Part shown: positions 63,116-64,000 of the stretch, piece after piece
Position numbering within the stretch: the stretch's first letter is position 1
How the letters are laid out: every line of letters begins with the position of its first letter
NCBI RefSeq assembly: GCF_902459465.1
Contig: NC_047075.1
Coordinates: forward strand, 7,192,001-7,256,000
Direction of reading: 5' to 3'
Source of the DNA: Asterias rubens
Lineage: Eukaryota
Length of the DNA: 64,000 nt
Program-made: the position numbers and the translations under genes
Notes under the pieces: model-generated
Databases searched by the model: none
Told to the model about the DNA's origin: nothing
What the model saw: only the letters and a program-made list of their open reading frames with translations

Positions 63116-64000
63116 GTAAGTTACATTTCGGTTATTCTGATTATTCGGGTATTCGGATTCTTCGTAGCGTTTATACAACACAATATCCGAATTATTGATA
63201 CATTACAATATCCGAATAGTCAATATTCGTTGTATTCGTAATCGTTTCATTGTGAGGTAACGACATTACATCTTTCTTTTCACCTTTTACACATTGCTCA
63301 CGCGTCTAAAAGTGCACACAAACGTGTGCAACAAGGGAATTAATTTGTTCTTTAATATTATCTTGCATCTTCGATGACCAATGGAGCAAAGGTATTCACA
63401 GGTTTACTTTATGCATATTTAGGGATACACCAAGTGAGAAGTCAATGCTGGTCTTAAAACTATCAAAGGTGGCAATTGCCTTTAAACAACAATAACCCTT
63501 TACAATCTGAATGAATTAGTCCATTATTTTCATTTCAAAAACATTGCTCGGGTATTCAAAAGTCCTCAATTAATAGTTAAAAACAAAAGTTAAAAACCTG
63601 TGTGTTGGACACAGTTGAAGTAAACTCAATAGTCAGTTTATTAGTGACGCACAAGGTCAAGTTGTTTAATTCAGTGGACAAGCCCAAACAAGACCCAAGG
63701 CAGTGCTAAGTTATTGTAGGAACTCTCCAATCTATCTCTTTTGTGAATAATTTTTTACAATAATAAACAAAAACGCTCGGTGGACAATTATCTGCCTCTA
63801 GCTAGGCTACAAGCAATCCTGCATAAAACACGTGAGCAAGAACCACGGGACATGACATAGGAGTTTTTATACTGGTATCATTTTGGGCAAACTTCCAACA
63901 ACTTTTTGCTGGTATCCATAAATCATGTATATTTTTTTTTCTGTCATAGACTTGGGATATTTTCGTCCTTTTCGAAACTACGTGTTTTGGCCTGGGATCC

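Overview
Eukaryotic, AT-rich, intron-rich genomic DNA from an invertebrate animal. An echinoderm or other deuterostome is my guess from the repeat landscape and is not proven. Four spliced genes can be reconstructed by hand from GT-AG boundaries and reading-frame phases. (1) YIPF3 on the minus strand, exons from 10950 down to 1582, last exon not fixed; its exon 7 is present as 31 in-frame 99-bp tandem copies, each junction recreating a splice acceptor. (2) A small death-domain-only gene (+, about 14991-18893). (3) A secreted LRR protein of about 1529 aa with a very long 26-aa charged-repeat tail (+, 26399-33480). (4) The 5' part of a RASEF/Rab45 orthologue (+, 40649 to beyond the window end), with two EF-hand-pair modules and up to two further candidate N-terminal exons, all ending in phase 2. 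Between the genes lie a decayed CR1/L2-group LINE, many non-autonomous DNA elements (TTAA-flanked Kolobok-like, CWG-flanked Harbinger-like), tRNA-derived SINEs, palindromic elements with tRNA-like or hammerhead-like arms, and many short tandem duplications, several on or next to splice sites. Protein identities rest on my recollection of the human sequences. No alignment or database search was run, and repeat boundaries are approximate unless a TSD is quoted.
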